Source: Mobula hypostoma
Taxonomy: Eukaryota
NCBI RefSeq assembly: GCF_963921235.1
Contig: NC_086108.1
Span: 117,988,001 to 118,052,000, forward strand
DNA: 64,000 nucleotides
Direction: 5' to 3'
In this document: in pieces, positions 48,604 to 59,778 of the stretch
Position numbering within the stretch: the first letter of the stretch is position 1
How the letters are laid out: each line of letters opens with the position of its first letter
The notes under the pieces: generated by a model
What the model saw: the letters and a program-made list of their open reading frames with translations, nothing else
Databases searched by the model: none
Told to the model about the DNA's origin: nothing
Made by a program: the position numbers and the translations under genes

Positions 48604-48880
48604 TTTCCTTTTAAATCTTTTATTAATTATTATTGAAAATCAAAAACAAAGAAAAATACATCAAAATAATCAAGATAACATATCCATATTTAGAGTAAAA
48701 GTTAAAACTATTAACCAGGCTGAACAGTAATTCAATAATAATCAAAAAACAAAGTATTAAAGTTTTTTTTATGGAAAAAAAGAAAGAAAAAAAAGAACCC
48801 CTACTAACTAAAACAGAGAAAAACCCCTAATAACTAAAAAAAAAAGGAAAAAAAATACATTTGGAGTGCAAACCCAGAGC
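48604..48880 (-). mobile_element. Probable L1/Tx1-type LINE 3'UTR fragment
   Basis: The minus strand ends ...attAATAAAagatttaaaaggaaag and the body is very T-rich. Confidence 0.4.
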
Positions 48881-51800
48881 TTCAGGGCATGAGTTTCAGG
48901 GCAGGAGTTTCAGGGCGGGAGATTCACAGCAGGAGTTTCAGGGCAGGAGTTTCTGCACAAGAGATTCAGGGCAGGAGTTTCAGGGTAGGAGTTTCAGGGC
49001 AGTAGATTCACGGCATGAGTTTCAGGGCATGAGTTTCAGGGCAGGAAATTCAGTGCATGAGATTCAGGGCAGGAGTTTCAGGGCAATAGATTCAGGGCAG
49101 GAATTTGAGAGCAGGAGTTTCAGGGCATGAGATTCAGGGATTGAGATTCAGGGCATGAGTTTCAGGGCATGAGATTAAGGGCATTAGATTCGGGGCAGGA
49201 GGTTCAGAGCAGGAGTTTCAGGGCATGAGATTCAGGGAAGGAGATTCTGGGCAGGAGTTTCAGGGCAGGAGATTCAGGGCACGAGTTTCTGCACAGGAGA
49301 TTCAGGGCAGGAATTATAATCGCAGGAGATTCAGGGCAGGAGATTCAGGTCAGGAATTTCAGGACATGAGAGTCAGAGTAGGAGTTTCAGGGCAAGAGAT
49401 TCAGGGCAGGATTTTCTGCACAGGAGATTCAGGGCAGGAGTTCCAGCGCAAGAGTTTCAGGGCAGGAGATTCAGGGCAGGAGTTTCAGGACATGAGATTC
49501 AGAGCAGGAGTTTCAGGGCAAGAGATTCAGGGCAGGAGTTTCAGAGCAGGAGTTTCAGGGCAGAAGTTTCAGGGCAGGGGATTTAGGGCATGAGATTCAG
49601 GGCATGAGATTCGGGGCAGGAGTTTCAGGACATGAAATTCAGAGCAGGAGTTTCAGGGCAAGAGATTCAGGGCAGGAGTTTCAGAGCAGGAGTTTCAGGG
49701 CAGAAATTTCAGGGCAGGGGATTCAGGGCATGAGTTTCAGGGCATGAGATTAAGGGCATTAGATTCGGGGCAGGAGGTTCAGAGCAGGAGTTTCAGGGCA
49801 TGAGATTCAGGGAAGGAGATTCTGGGCAGGAGTTTCAGGGCAGGAGATTCAGGGCACGAGTTTCTGCACAGGAGATTCAGGGCAGGAATTATAATCGCAG
49901 GAGATTCAGGGCAGGAGATTCAGGTCAGGAATTTCAGGACATGAGAGTCAGAGCAGGAGTTTCAGGGCAAGAGATTCAGGGCAGGAGTTTCTGCACAGGA
50001 GATTCAGGGCAGGAGTTCCAGCGCAAGAGTTTCAGGGCAGGAGATTCAGGGCAGGAGATTCAGGGCAGGAGTTTCAGGACATGAGATTCAGAGCAGGAGT
50101 TTCAGGGCAAGAGATTCAGGGCAGGAGTTTCAGAGCAGGAGTTTCAGGGCAGAAGTTTCAGGGCAGGGGATTCAGGGCATGAGTTTCAGGGCATGAGATT
50201 CAGGGCATGAGATTCGGGGCAGGAGTTTCAGGACATGAGATTCAGAGCAGGAGTTTCAGGGCAAGAGATTCAGGGCAGGAGTTTCAGAGCAGGAGTTTCA
50301 GGGCAGAAATTTCAGGGCAGGGGATTCAGGGCATGAGTTTCAGGGCATGAGATTCAGGGCATGAGATTCGGGGCAGGAGGTTCAGAGCAGGAGTTGCAGG
50401 GCAGGAGATTCAGGGCAGGAGTTTCTGCACAGGAGATTCAGGGCATGAGTTATAATCGCAGGAGTTTCAGGGCAGGAGATTCAGTTCAGGAGTTTCAGGA
50501 CACGAGAGTCAGTGCAGGAGTTTCAGGGCAAGAGATTCAGGGCAGGAGTTTCTGAACAGGAGATTCAGGGCAGGAGTCTCAGGGCTGGAGTTGCTGCACA
50601 GGAGTTTCAAGACAGAAGATTCAGGGCAGGAGTTTCAGGGTACGAGTTTCAGGGCATGAGATTAAGAGCAGGAGTTTCAGGGCAGGTGTATCAGGGCATG
50701 AGATTCAGGATAGGAGTTCAGGGTCTGAGATTCAGGGCAGGAGTTTCTGCACAGGAGGTTAAGGGCAGGAGTTTCAGGGGAAGAGATTCAGGGAAGGAGT
50801 TTCTGCACAGGAGATTCAGGGCAGGAGTTTCAGGGCATGAGATTTAGTGCATGAGTTTCGGGGCAGGAGTTCCAGGCAGGTGTTTCTGCACAGAATATTC
50901 AGGGAAAAAGTTTCAGGGCAGGAGTTTTAGGACATTGAGATTCAGAGCAGGAGTTTCAGGGCAAGAGATTCAGGGCAGGTGTTTCAGAGCAGGAGTTTCA
51001 GGGCAGAAGTTTCAGGACAGGGGATTCAGGGCATGAGTTTCAGGGCATGAGATTCAGGGCATGAGATTCGGGGCAGGAGGTTCAGAGCAGGAGTTGCAGG
51101 GCAGGAGATTCAGGGCAGGAGTTTCTGCACAGGAGATTCAGGTCAGGAGTTTCAGGACATGAGAGTCAGAGCAGGAGTTTCAGGGCAAGAGATTCAGAGC
51201 AGGAGTTTCTGAACAGGAGATTCAGGGCAGGAGTTTCAGGGCTGGAGTTGCTGCACAGGAGTTTCAAGACAGAAGTTTCAGGGCACGAGTTTCAGGGCAT
51301 GAGATTAAGAGCAGGAGTTTCAGGGCAGGTGTTGCAGGGCATGAAATTCAGGACAGGAGTTTCAGGGTCTGAGATTCAGGGCAGGAGTTTCTGCACAGGA
51401 GGTTAAAGGCAGGAGTTTCAGGGCAAGAGATACAGGAAAGGAGTTTCTGCACAGGAGATTCAGGGCAGGAGTTTCAGGGCATGAGATTTAGTGCATGAGT
51501 TTCAGAGCAAGAGCTTCAGGGCAGGTGTTTCTGCACAGAATATTCAGGGAAAAAGGGCATGAGATTCAGAGCAGGAGTTTCAGGGCAGGAGATTCAGGGA
51601 AGGAGTTTCATGGCAGGAGTTTCTGCACTGGCGATTCAGGGCAGATGTTTCAGGGCAGGAATTTCAGGGCAGGAGTTTCCGGGCATGAGATTCAGGGAAG
51701 GAGATTCTGGGAATGAGATTCAGAGCATGAGTTTCTGCACAGGAGATTCAGAACAGGAGTTTCAGGGCATTATATTCAGGGCAGGGGTTTCCAGACATGA

Positions 51801-54800
51801 GATTGAGGGCAGGAGTTTCAGGGCAGAAGATTCAGAACAGGAGTTTCAGGGCATGTTTTTCAGGGCAGGTGTTTCAGAGCAGGAGTTTCTGCACAGGAGG
51901 TTCAGTGCAGGAAGTTCAGGGCAGGAGTTTCAGGGTAGAAGTGTTTCTGCACAGGAGATTGAGGGCAGGAGGTACAGGACTGGAGTTACGGCACAGGAGT
52001 TTCAGGGCAGATGTTTCATCGCAGGAGTTTCAGGGCATGAGATTCAGGGCAGGAGTTTCAGAGCATGAGATTCAGGGCAGGACTTTCAGAGGAGGAGATT
52101 CAGGGCATGAAATTCACGGAAGGAGGTCCAGGGCATGAGATTCAGGGCAGGGGTTTCTGCAGAGGAGGTTCAGGGCAGGAATTTCAGGGCAGGAGATTCA
52201 GGGAAGGAGTTTCTGCACAGGAGAATCAGGGCAGGAGTTTCAGGGCATGAGATTCAGGGCATGAGATTCGGGGCAGGAGGTTCAGAGCAGGAAATTCAGG
52301 GCAGAAGTTTCAGGGCAGGGGATTCAGGGCATGAGTTTCAGGGCATGAGATTCAGGGCATGAGATTCGGGGCAGGAGGTTCAGAGCAGGAAATTCAGGGC
52401 ATGAGATTCAGGGAAGGAGATTCTGGGCAGGAGTTTCACAGCAGGAGTTTCAGGGCAGGAGATTCAGGGCAGGAGTTTCTGCACAGGAGATTCAGGGCAG
52501 GAGTTATAATCGCAGGAGTTTCAGGGCAGGAGATTCAGGTCAGGAGTTTCAGGACATGAGAGTCAGAGCAGGAGCTTCAGGGCAAGAGATACAGGGCAGG
52601 AGTTTCTGCACAGGAGATTCAGAGCAGGAAATTCAGGGCATGAGATTCAGGGAAGGAGATTCTGGGCAGGAGTTTCTGCACAGGAGATTCAGGGCAGGAG
52701 TTATAATCGCAGGAGTTTCAGGGCAGGAGATTCAGGTCAGGAGTTTCAGGGCATGAGAGTCAGAGCAGGAGTTTCAGGGCAAGAGATTCAGGGCAGGAGT
52801 TTCTGCACAGGAGATTCAGCGCAAGAATTTAAGGGCAGGACATTCAGGGCAGGAGTTTTAGGACATGAGATTCAGAGCAGGAGTTTCAGGGCAAGAGATT
52901 CAGGGCAGGAGATTATGAACAGGAGATTAAGGGCAGGAGTTTCAGCGCTGGAGCTGCTGCACAGGAATTACAGGGCAGAAGTTTCAGGGCAGTAGTTTCA
53001 GGGCACGGGTTTCAGGGCATGAGAATCAGAGCAGGAGTTTCAGGGCAGGAGTTTCAGGGCAGGAGTTTCAGGGCAGGAGTTTCAGGGCAGGTGTTTCAGG
53101 GCATGAGATTCAGGACAGGAGTTTCAGGCCTGAGATTCAGGGCAGGACGTTCAGAGCAGGAGATTCAGGGCATGAGATTTAGGGAAGGAGATTCAGGGCA
53201 TGAGATTCGGGGCAGGTGTTTCTGCACAGGAGGTTAAGGGCAGGAGTTTCAGGGCAAGAGATTCAGGGCAGGAGATTATGAACAGGAGATTAAGGGCAGG
53301 AGTTTCAGCGCTGGAGCTGCTGCACAGGAATTACAGGGCAGAAGTTTAGGGCAGTAGTTTCAGGGCACGGGTTTCAGGGCATGAGAATCAGAGCAGGAGT
53401 TTCAGGGCAGGAGTTTCAGGGCAGGTGTTTCAGGGCATGAGATTCAGGACAGGAGTTTCAGGCCTGAGATTCAGGGCAGGACTTTCACAGCAGGAAATTC
53501 AGGGCATGAGATTTAGGGAAGGAGATTCAGGGCATGAGATTCAGGGCAGGAGTTTCTGCACAGGAGGTTAAGGGCAGGAGTTTCAGGACAAGAGATTCAT
53601 GGAAGGAGTTTCTGCACAGGAGATTCAGGGCAGGAGTTATAACAGCAGGAGTTTCAGGGCAGGAGATTCAGGTCAGGAGTTTCAGGACATGAGAGTCAGA
53701 GCAGGAGTTTCAGGGCAAGAGATTCAGGGCAGGAGCTTCAGGACATGAGATTCAGAGCAGCAGTTTCAGGGCAAGAGATTCAGGGCAGGAGTTTCAGGGC
53801 ATGAGATTTAGGGAAGGATTTTCTGGGAATGAGATTCAGGGCATGAGTTTCTGCACAGGAGATTCAGAGCAGGAGTTTCAGGGCATGAGAATCAAGACAG
53901 GAGTTTCAGGGCAGGAGATTCAGGGAAGGAGTTTCATGGCAATAGTTTCAGCACAGGAGATTCAGGGCAGGAGTTTCAGGACTGGAGTTACTGCACAGGA
54001 GTTTCAGGGCAGATGTTTCATGGCAGGAGTTTCAGGGCAGGAGTTTCAGGGCAGGAGATTCAGGTCAGGAGTTTCAGGACATGAGAGTCAGAGCAGGAGT
54101 TTCAGGGCAAGAGATTCAGGGCAGGAGCTTCAGGACATGAGATTCAGAGCAGCAGTTTCAGGGCAAGAGATTCAGGGCAGGAGTTTCAGGGCATGAGATT
54201 TAGGGAAGGATTTTCTGGGAATGAGATTCAGGGCATGAGTTTCTGCACAGGAGATTCAGAGCAGGAGTTTCAGGGCATGAGAATCAAGACAGGAGTTTCA
54301 GGGCAGGAGATTCAGGGAAGGAGTTTCATGGCAATAGTTTCAGCACAGGAGATTCAGGGCAGGAGTTACAGGACTGGAGTTACTGCACAGGAGTTTCAGG
54401 GCAGATGTTTCATGGCAGGAGTTTCAGGGCAGGAGTTTCAGGGCATGAGATTCACGGAACAAGATTCTGGGCATGAGATTCAGCGCATGAGTTTCTGCAC
54501 AGGAGATTCAGAGCAGGAGTTTCAGGGCATGAGATTCAGGGCAGGAGTTTCAGGACATGAGATTGAGGGCAGGAGTTTCAGGGCATAAGTTTCAGGGCAG
54601 GAGATTCAGAACTGGAGTTTCAGGGCATGTTTTACAGGGCAGGTGTTTCAGAGCAGGAGTTTCTGCACAGGAGATTCAGTGCAGGACCTTCAGGGCAGGA
54701 GTTTCAGGGTAGAAGAGTCAGGGCAGGAGTTTCAGACATGAATTTCAGGGAATGAGATTCAGGGCAGCAGTTTCAGGGCAGGAGATACAGCTCAGGAGTT

Positions 54801-55768
54801 TCTGCACAGGAGATTCAGGGCAGGAGTTACAGGACTGGAGTTACTGCACAAGAGTTTCAAGGCAGATGTTTCATGGCAGGAGTTTTAGGGTATGAGATTC
54901 ACGGAACGAGATTCTGGGCATGAGATTCAGCGCATGAGTTTCTGCAGAGGAGATTCAGAGCAGCAGTTTCAGGGCATAAGTTTCAGGGCAGGAGATTCAG
55001 AACAGGAGTTTCAGGGCATGTTTTACAGGGCAGGAGAATCAGGGCAGGAGTTTCAGAGCAGGAGTTTCAGAGCATGAGATTCAGGGCAGGACTTTCGGAA
55101 CAGGAGATTCAGGGCATGAGATTGAAGGAAGGAAATTCAGGGCATGAGATTCAGGGCAGGAGTTTCTGCAGAGGAGGTTCAGGGCAGGAGTTTCAGGGCA
55201 GGAGATTCAGTGAAGAGTTTCTGCACAGGAGAATCAGGGCAGGAGTTACAGGACTGGAGTTACTGCACAGGAGTTTCAGGGCAGGTGTTTCAGGGCATGA
55301 GATTCAGGGCAGGACTCTGAGAGCAGAAGATTCAGGACATGAGATTCACGGGAGGAGATACAGGGCATGAGATTCAGGGCAGGAGTTTCTGCACAGGAGG
55401 TTAAGGGCAGGAGTTTCAGGGCAAGAGATTCAGGGCAGGAGATTATGAACAGGAGATTAAGGGCAGGAGTTTCAGCGCTGGAGCTGCTGCACAGGAATTA
55501 CAGGGCAGAAGTTTAGGGCAGTAGTTTCAGGGCACGGGTTTCAGGGCATGAGAATCAGAGCAGGAGTTTCAGGGCAGGAGTTTCAGGGCAGGTGTTTCAG
55601 GGCATGAGATTCAGGACAGGAGTTTCAGGCCTGAGATTCAGGGCAGGACTTTCACAGCAGGAAATTCAGGGCATGAGATTTAGGGAAGGAGATTCAGGGC
55701 ATGAGATTCAGGGCAGGAGTTTCTGCACAGGAGGTTAAGGGCAGGAGTTTCAGGACAAGAGATTCATG

Positions 55769-56627
55769 TGTTACGTACCCCGTAACTGGGTTGCCAAACC
55801 AGCAGAAATGGATCACTCAGTTGGAGTCTGGAGTACTAGAACTAAGAAGGTTTTATTAAAGAAACAAGCAACACAGTAATCGAAAGGATAATAAATGCAA
55901 CAATTCAACAATGATAACCGCACATGTGCACAGAATTAAGATAACAGCATCAATCAAGCTCTATCGTTGTCTAGGGGTAAATGACCAATTTCAAAATGAC
56001 TCAAAGTTCAGTCCAGTTTAGTAGTTCAGTTCGCAGTAATCGTTGCCATGGCGGTGGACAATGTGGGGGAAGAGAGAGATAGAATAGGAACAACTCATCA
56101 TTCAGAACGGCTTCACTCACAGACCAGCGAGATGGCTCACAAACAGCTTTTTGGGCGGGTCCTTGGTGATGTCACCTGAGGTCACCGACTGTGACCCCTC
56201 CTCCAGATGCGGTCGATCCTCTGCAGTGAACCCGGCACCCAGGCAAGGGCGGACACACACCGGGTTCCCGCTGATCGTACCTTTCCACCCTTGTCGTTGT
56301 CTGGGACTTCTCACCCACTCGTGAGAAGCGCACCGCTTCCAGGGTCTCGTTACCTCGGGTGGCGTGTGTCTGTCTTAGCGAACCTGTCCCTTTTTATCCC
56401 CCTGCTGGGGTATCGCCTGTCCATCACTTCAAACAGTTCAGGGTTCAAAGGGGGGAGCCGCTCCAGACAGCTCTTCCTCCCACATCCCTTCATTACACAT
56501 CTCCAGACGCTGCTCCATTGTTCCTTATCTCTCCTTCCCCTGAGGGCAGGTGGCAGACCAACTGCTGATGCCACTGATGCTAGCCCAGGCCAGCAAACAT
56601 CTTAATTTTATGTGTATCCTCGTAACA
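55769..56627 (-). repeat. 3' LTR
   Basis: Direct repeat of 59779-60637. I saw one substitution (56618 C vs 60628 T). Minus-strand AATAAA near 55852-55857. Confidence 0.96.
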
Positions 56628-56641
56628 CTTCCCCCCTTTAA
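56628..56641 (-). promoter_or_regulatory. Polypurine tract
   Basis: Minus-strand AAAGGGGGGAAG lies directly before the 3' LTR. Confidence 0.9.
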
Positions 56642-56799
56642 GGATTTTTACCGGGAGGTAAAAATTACAAACATGACTACATTATCTGATACATACACAA
56701 TATACATCTTTAACAGTTATTTAGCTAATACAGAGAATTTGAAGCTGTCAACACCTTGACAGACAGTCATCACATTTTCTGTTCCTTTTACACGTGTTA

Positions 56800-59679
56800 T
56801 TAATAACTCCTTAGACCAGGCTCCAACTCAGCAAACTTCATAGTGGCCAAAAACACTGATGAATTGCGACCAATGTAACCTCTCATTTGGTTTTGTCCCG
56901 GACCACAACAACAAGGGTCGTCCCATTCCGACTCAATTTTCTCTCGCAAGGGCTTAGTAGGAGGGGGACGGGTATTGACCGCAGAGTTATTGCAAAACTT
57001 CCTGCAGTACCCCACCATCTCCAAAAGCCTTCTGAGGGCTCTCTTGTCTGTCGGGGTTGGGAGGTCAGCGATAGCCTGCACTGTAGCTTGCATCACTGCC
57101 AGCTGCCCCTGTGTCACCACAATTCCCAGGTAAGTGACATTCGCGTGGCCGAATTCATTTTTTCCAAGGTTCACTATCAAGCTGGCTTCAGACAGCCGTG
57201 TTAAATTGCCAATACACACCTCTGTGTTCATCAGCCCTTTAGTCACTGAATTACTCAAAAAATATGGGTGTTGTTTACTTGGCCGCCCTATTGTAACCGA
57301 CATAACCCAACGTCCCAGTTCTTTGCATTTCCTCGGGACAATCAAACACATGGGTGCGAGTCGTTTAATTACTCCTTCGGGGATTAAGGGAGAGACCTTA
57401 TCAGTAGACCTGGCCAAAACAATAGCCTTCTCCCATCTGACCGATCCCATCCTAATCTTTTCAAAATGGTTTTTTCCTCTTATCAAGGGGCCCCTAGCTT
57501 CATTGATTTCCACGCTAACACCGACTAGGTTTGTTAGCATATCAAAAGCCGGTGACCGTCTCAGTTCGCGTCGGTCATGATCAATAACATTTTTCCCCCT
57601 GGGCAGCCGGTAACTCTCTTTCATGATTCCACCAACTGTTTCCTCCAGCACCGCAAAATGTCCACCGGGGGGTACCTCGTGGGCCATGTTAAAAACCTCA
57701 TCCCCATAACTCTTTTGCACCACCCCCCACTCCTCATCTGCGGATGCTGTACTTGATTTCCCTTTCTTCCTTAGCACCTCCTCATCCGCACAATAGCTTG
57801 TCAAGGCTGTGTCAGAGAGAGCGGTCTCGGCAAAAACCATCAGCCCCTCGTCTCGCTCCTGCGTCTGCACAAATTCTTTCCCGGCTACTGCTACGTCCGT
57901 CCCAGCTCCCTCACTACCTCTTATCTCACTACACCCTGTCTCATACAAGGTTGGCAGAAATGTTTCAGCCAAATTCACCATCGCGGGCGGGGCCTCCATG
58001 CTGGCAGGCTGACCCGTCAATCTCACAACTGGGAACACGATTCCTCCGGCGATGTCATTACCGAGCAAGACTTCCACGTCTTTCATCGGTAATTCGGACC
58101 TCACCCCGATCGTGACTAGTCCAGAGACCAGGTTGCTCTGTAAATGTATCTGGTGCAAAGGGACTGACTCTGTCCCTTCCCCAACACCTTTGACCTCTAC
58201 CTCCCCAGTCTGGGTCTCTGAGCTAAACTCTAATACACTCTTCAGTATTAGTGACTGACACGCTCCCGTGTCTCTCCAGATCCGCACTGGAACTGGTTTT
58301 AACCTCTCCTTCACTGACACCAGTCCGGCCGAGATAAACCTCTCGCGCCCTTCTTGGACTTTTTCAGACCTGTCCTTCCCTAGCGGTTCGCTTAACAGCT
58401 CAATACAGCCATTCAAAATTTCCGCTTTTCCTTTCCCCGTCTCCTTCCTTGGGGCAAAGCACCTGGACGCAAAGTGTCCGACTTTCCCACAATTATAACA
58501 GACGACCCCAGGAGACTTCCTACCAGACTGCTCCCGGTCTACCTTATCCTTTTCACTAGTCCCCGGCTTACTTTCTGACTTTTCCGGTGGACTCTCCCCG
58601 CCGTCCTGACTACCCTTCTGGTAGCCTTTACTCGGGGCAACCTTCATTTTATGCGTCAACGCATACTCATCCGCTAACTTAGCAGTTGCGGCTAACGTGG
58701 CTGCCTCTTTCTCATCGAGGTAGGGTCTCATACCCTCAGGGACACAACCTTTAAACTGCTCAATCAGAACCAGTTGCAGCAGTCTGTCGTAATCCCCCTC
58801 TACCCCTTTCGAGGCGCACCAACGCTCACAATATGTTTGCATCTCACGAGCAAACTCCAAATACGTGCGGTCCCACCGCTTCCTCGCATTCCGGAACCTC
58901 TGCCGGTATGCCTCCGGGACCAACTCATAAGTCCTGAGGATGGCCTCCTTCACCACCTCATACTTCTGGGCATCTTCCGGGGATAAAGCGGAGTAAGCTT
59001 GTTGGGCTTTCCCTTTCAGTACACTCTGAAGTAAGACAACCCACTTATCCCTCGGCCATTCCTGACTTATAGCTACTTTTTCGAAGTGGAGAAAGTACCG
59101 ATCCACATCGGTATCGTCAAATGGGGGAACCAGCCTAACCTCCTGGGTCGCCCGGAACCCTCCACCTTGGTTCGGCACGAGCCCCTGCTCGGCCCTTATC
59201 TTTAACTTCTCCAGCTCAAATTCCCTTTCCCTCTGTTTCTCCTCTCTCTCCAACTGTCTGTCCCTCTCTCTCTCTTCTCTCTCCAACTGTCTGTCCCTCT
59301 CTCTCTCTTCTCTCTCCAACTGTCTTTCTCTCTCTTGCCTTTCTAACTCTCTCTCTTTCTCCTGCCTTTCTAACTCTCTCTCTTTCTCCTGCCTTTCTAA
59401 CTGCCGTACCCGGAACTCGTGCTCGAGTCTCAGTTTTTCAAGCTGTACCTGTACCGCGTCTCCAGCAGGTTTTTCAATAGACACCTCCCCCAGCTCACCT
59501 TGGGGAAACACACCTTTAGATACATAGTGCTCTACAATAGCTCTGTGTATCTCCTCTCTCCTCATTGTCGACTTCACCTTAGCAAGATTCACCCGTTTGG
59601 CCACAGCTATCAATTCCGATTTCCTGGCATCCTCTAATGCCTCCAAGGTCGGCGCCTTTATAAATTCCTCAACCTCCAT
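56800..59679 (-). CDS. Gag (coiled coil, SCAN-like capsid, CCHC)-protease polyprotein fused in frame to INT/RT relics
   Basis: ATG start, 959 aa. Contains LVPEAYRQRFR...IEQF...LADEY (SCAN-like), CYNCGKVGHFASRC, IWRDTGA, AHEVPPGGHF, PSKQHPY and RLSEASLIVNLGKNEFG...YLG...VGYCRKFC. Confidence 0.92.
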   Translation of the reverse strand: MEVEEFIKAPTLEALEDARKSELIAVAKRVNLAKVKSTMRREEIHRAIVEHYVSKGVFPQGELGEVSIEKPAGDAVQVQLEKLRLEHEFRVRQLERQEKERELERQEKERELERQERERQLEREERERDRQLEREERERDRQLEREEKQREREFELEKLKIRAEQGLVPNQGGGFRATQEVRLVPPFDDTDVDRYFLHFEKVAISQEWPRDKWVVLLQSVLKGKAQQAYSALSPEDAQKYEVVKEAILRTYELVPEAYRQRFRNARKRWDRTYLEFAREMQTYCERWCASKGVEGDYDRLLQLVLIEQFKGCVPEGMRPYLDEKEAATLAATAKLADEYALTHKMKVAPSKGYQKGSQDGGESPPEKSESKPGTSEKDKVDREQSGRKSPGVVCYNCGKVGHFASRCFAPRKETGKGKAEILNGCIELLSEPLGKDRSEKVQEGRERFISAGLVSVKERLKPVPVRIWRDTGACQSLILKSVLEFSSETQTGEVEVKGVGEGTESVPLHQIHLQSNLVSGLVTIGVRSELPMKDVEVLLGNDIAGGIVFPVVRLTGQPASMEAPPAMVNLAETFLPTLYETGCSEIRGSEGAGTDVAVAGKEFVQTQERDEGLMVFAETALSDTALTSYCADEEVLRKKGKSSTASADEEWGVVQKSYGDEVFNMAHEVPPGGHFAVLEETVGGIMKESYRLPRGKNVIDHDRRELRRSPAFDMLTNLVGVSVEINEARGPLIRGKNHFEKIRMGSVRWEKAIVLARSTDKVSPLIPEGVIKRLAPMCLIVPRKCKELGRWVMSVTIGRPSKQHPYFLSNSVTKGLMNTEVCIGNLTRLSEASLIVNLGKNEFGHANVTYLGIVVTQGQLAVMQATVQAIADLPTPTDKRALRRLLEMVGYCRKFCNNSAVNTRPPPTKPLREKIESEWDDPCCCGPGQNQMRGYIGRNSSVFLATMKFAELEPGLRSY

Positions 59680-59746
59680 TTCTGCTGTTTGTCTTTTCTT
59701 TCTTTCGGGAATTTTAACCCAATCAATTTACTCCGTCCCAAATTTA

Positions 59747-59774
59747 GCGTTCAAAATCGCGGACGAGAACCCCA
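59747..59774 (-). promoter_or_regulatory. Primer-binding site, tRNA-Pro-like
   Basis: Minus-strand TGGGGTTCTCGTCCGCGATTTTGAAC lies 4 nt inside the 5' LTR. The tRNA-Pro complement is TGGGGGCTCGTCCGGGATTTGAAC. Confidence 0.8.
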
Positions 59775-59778
59775 CTTA

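Noticed and set aside
56207..56605. 132-aa ORF duplicated at 60217..60615
   Set aside because: It lies within the LTRs, so identity reflects LTR duplication. It has no recognisable domain.
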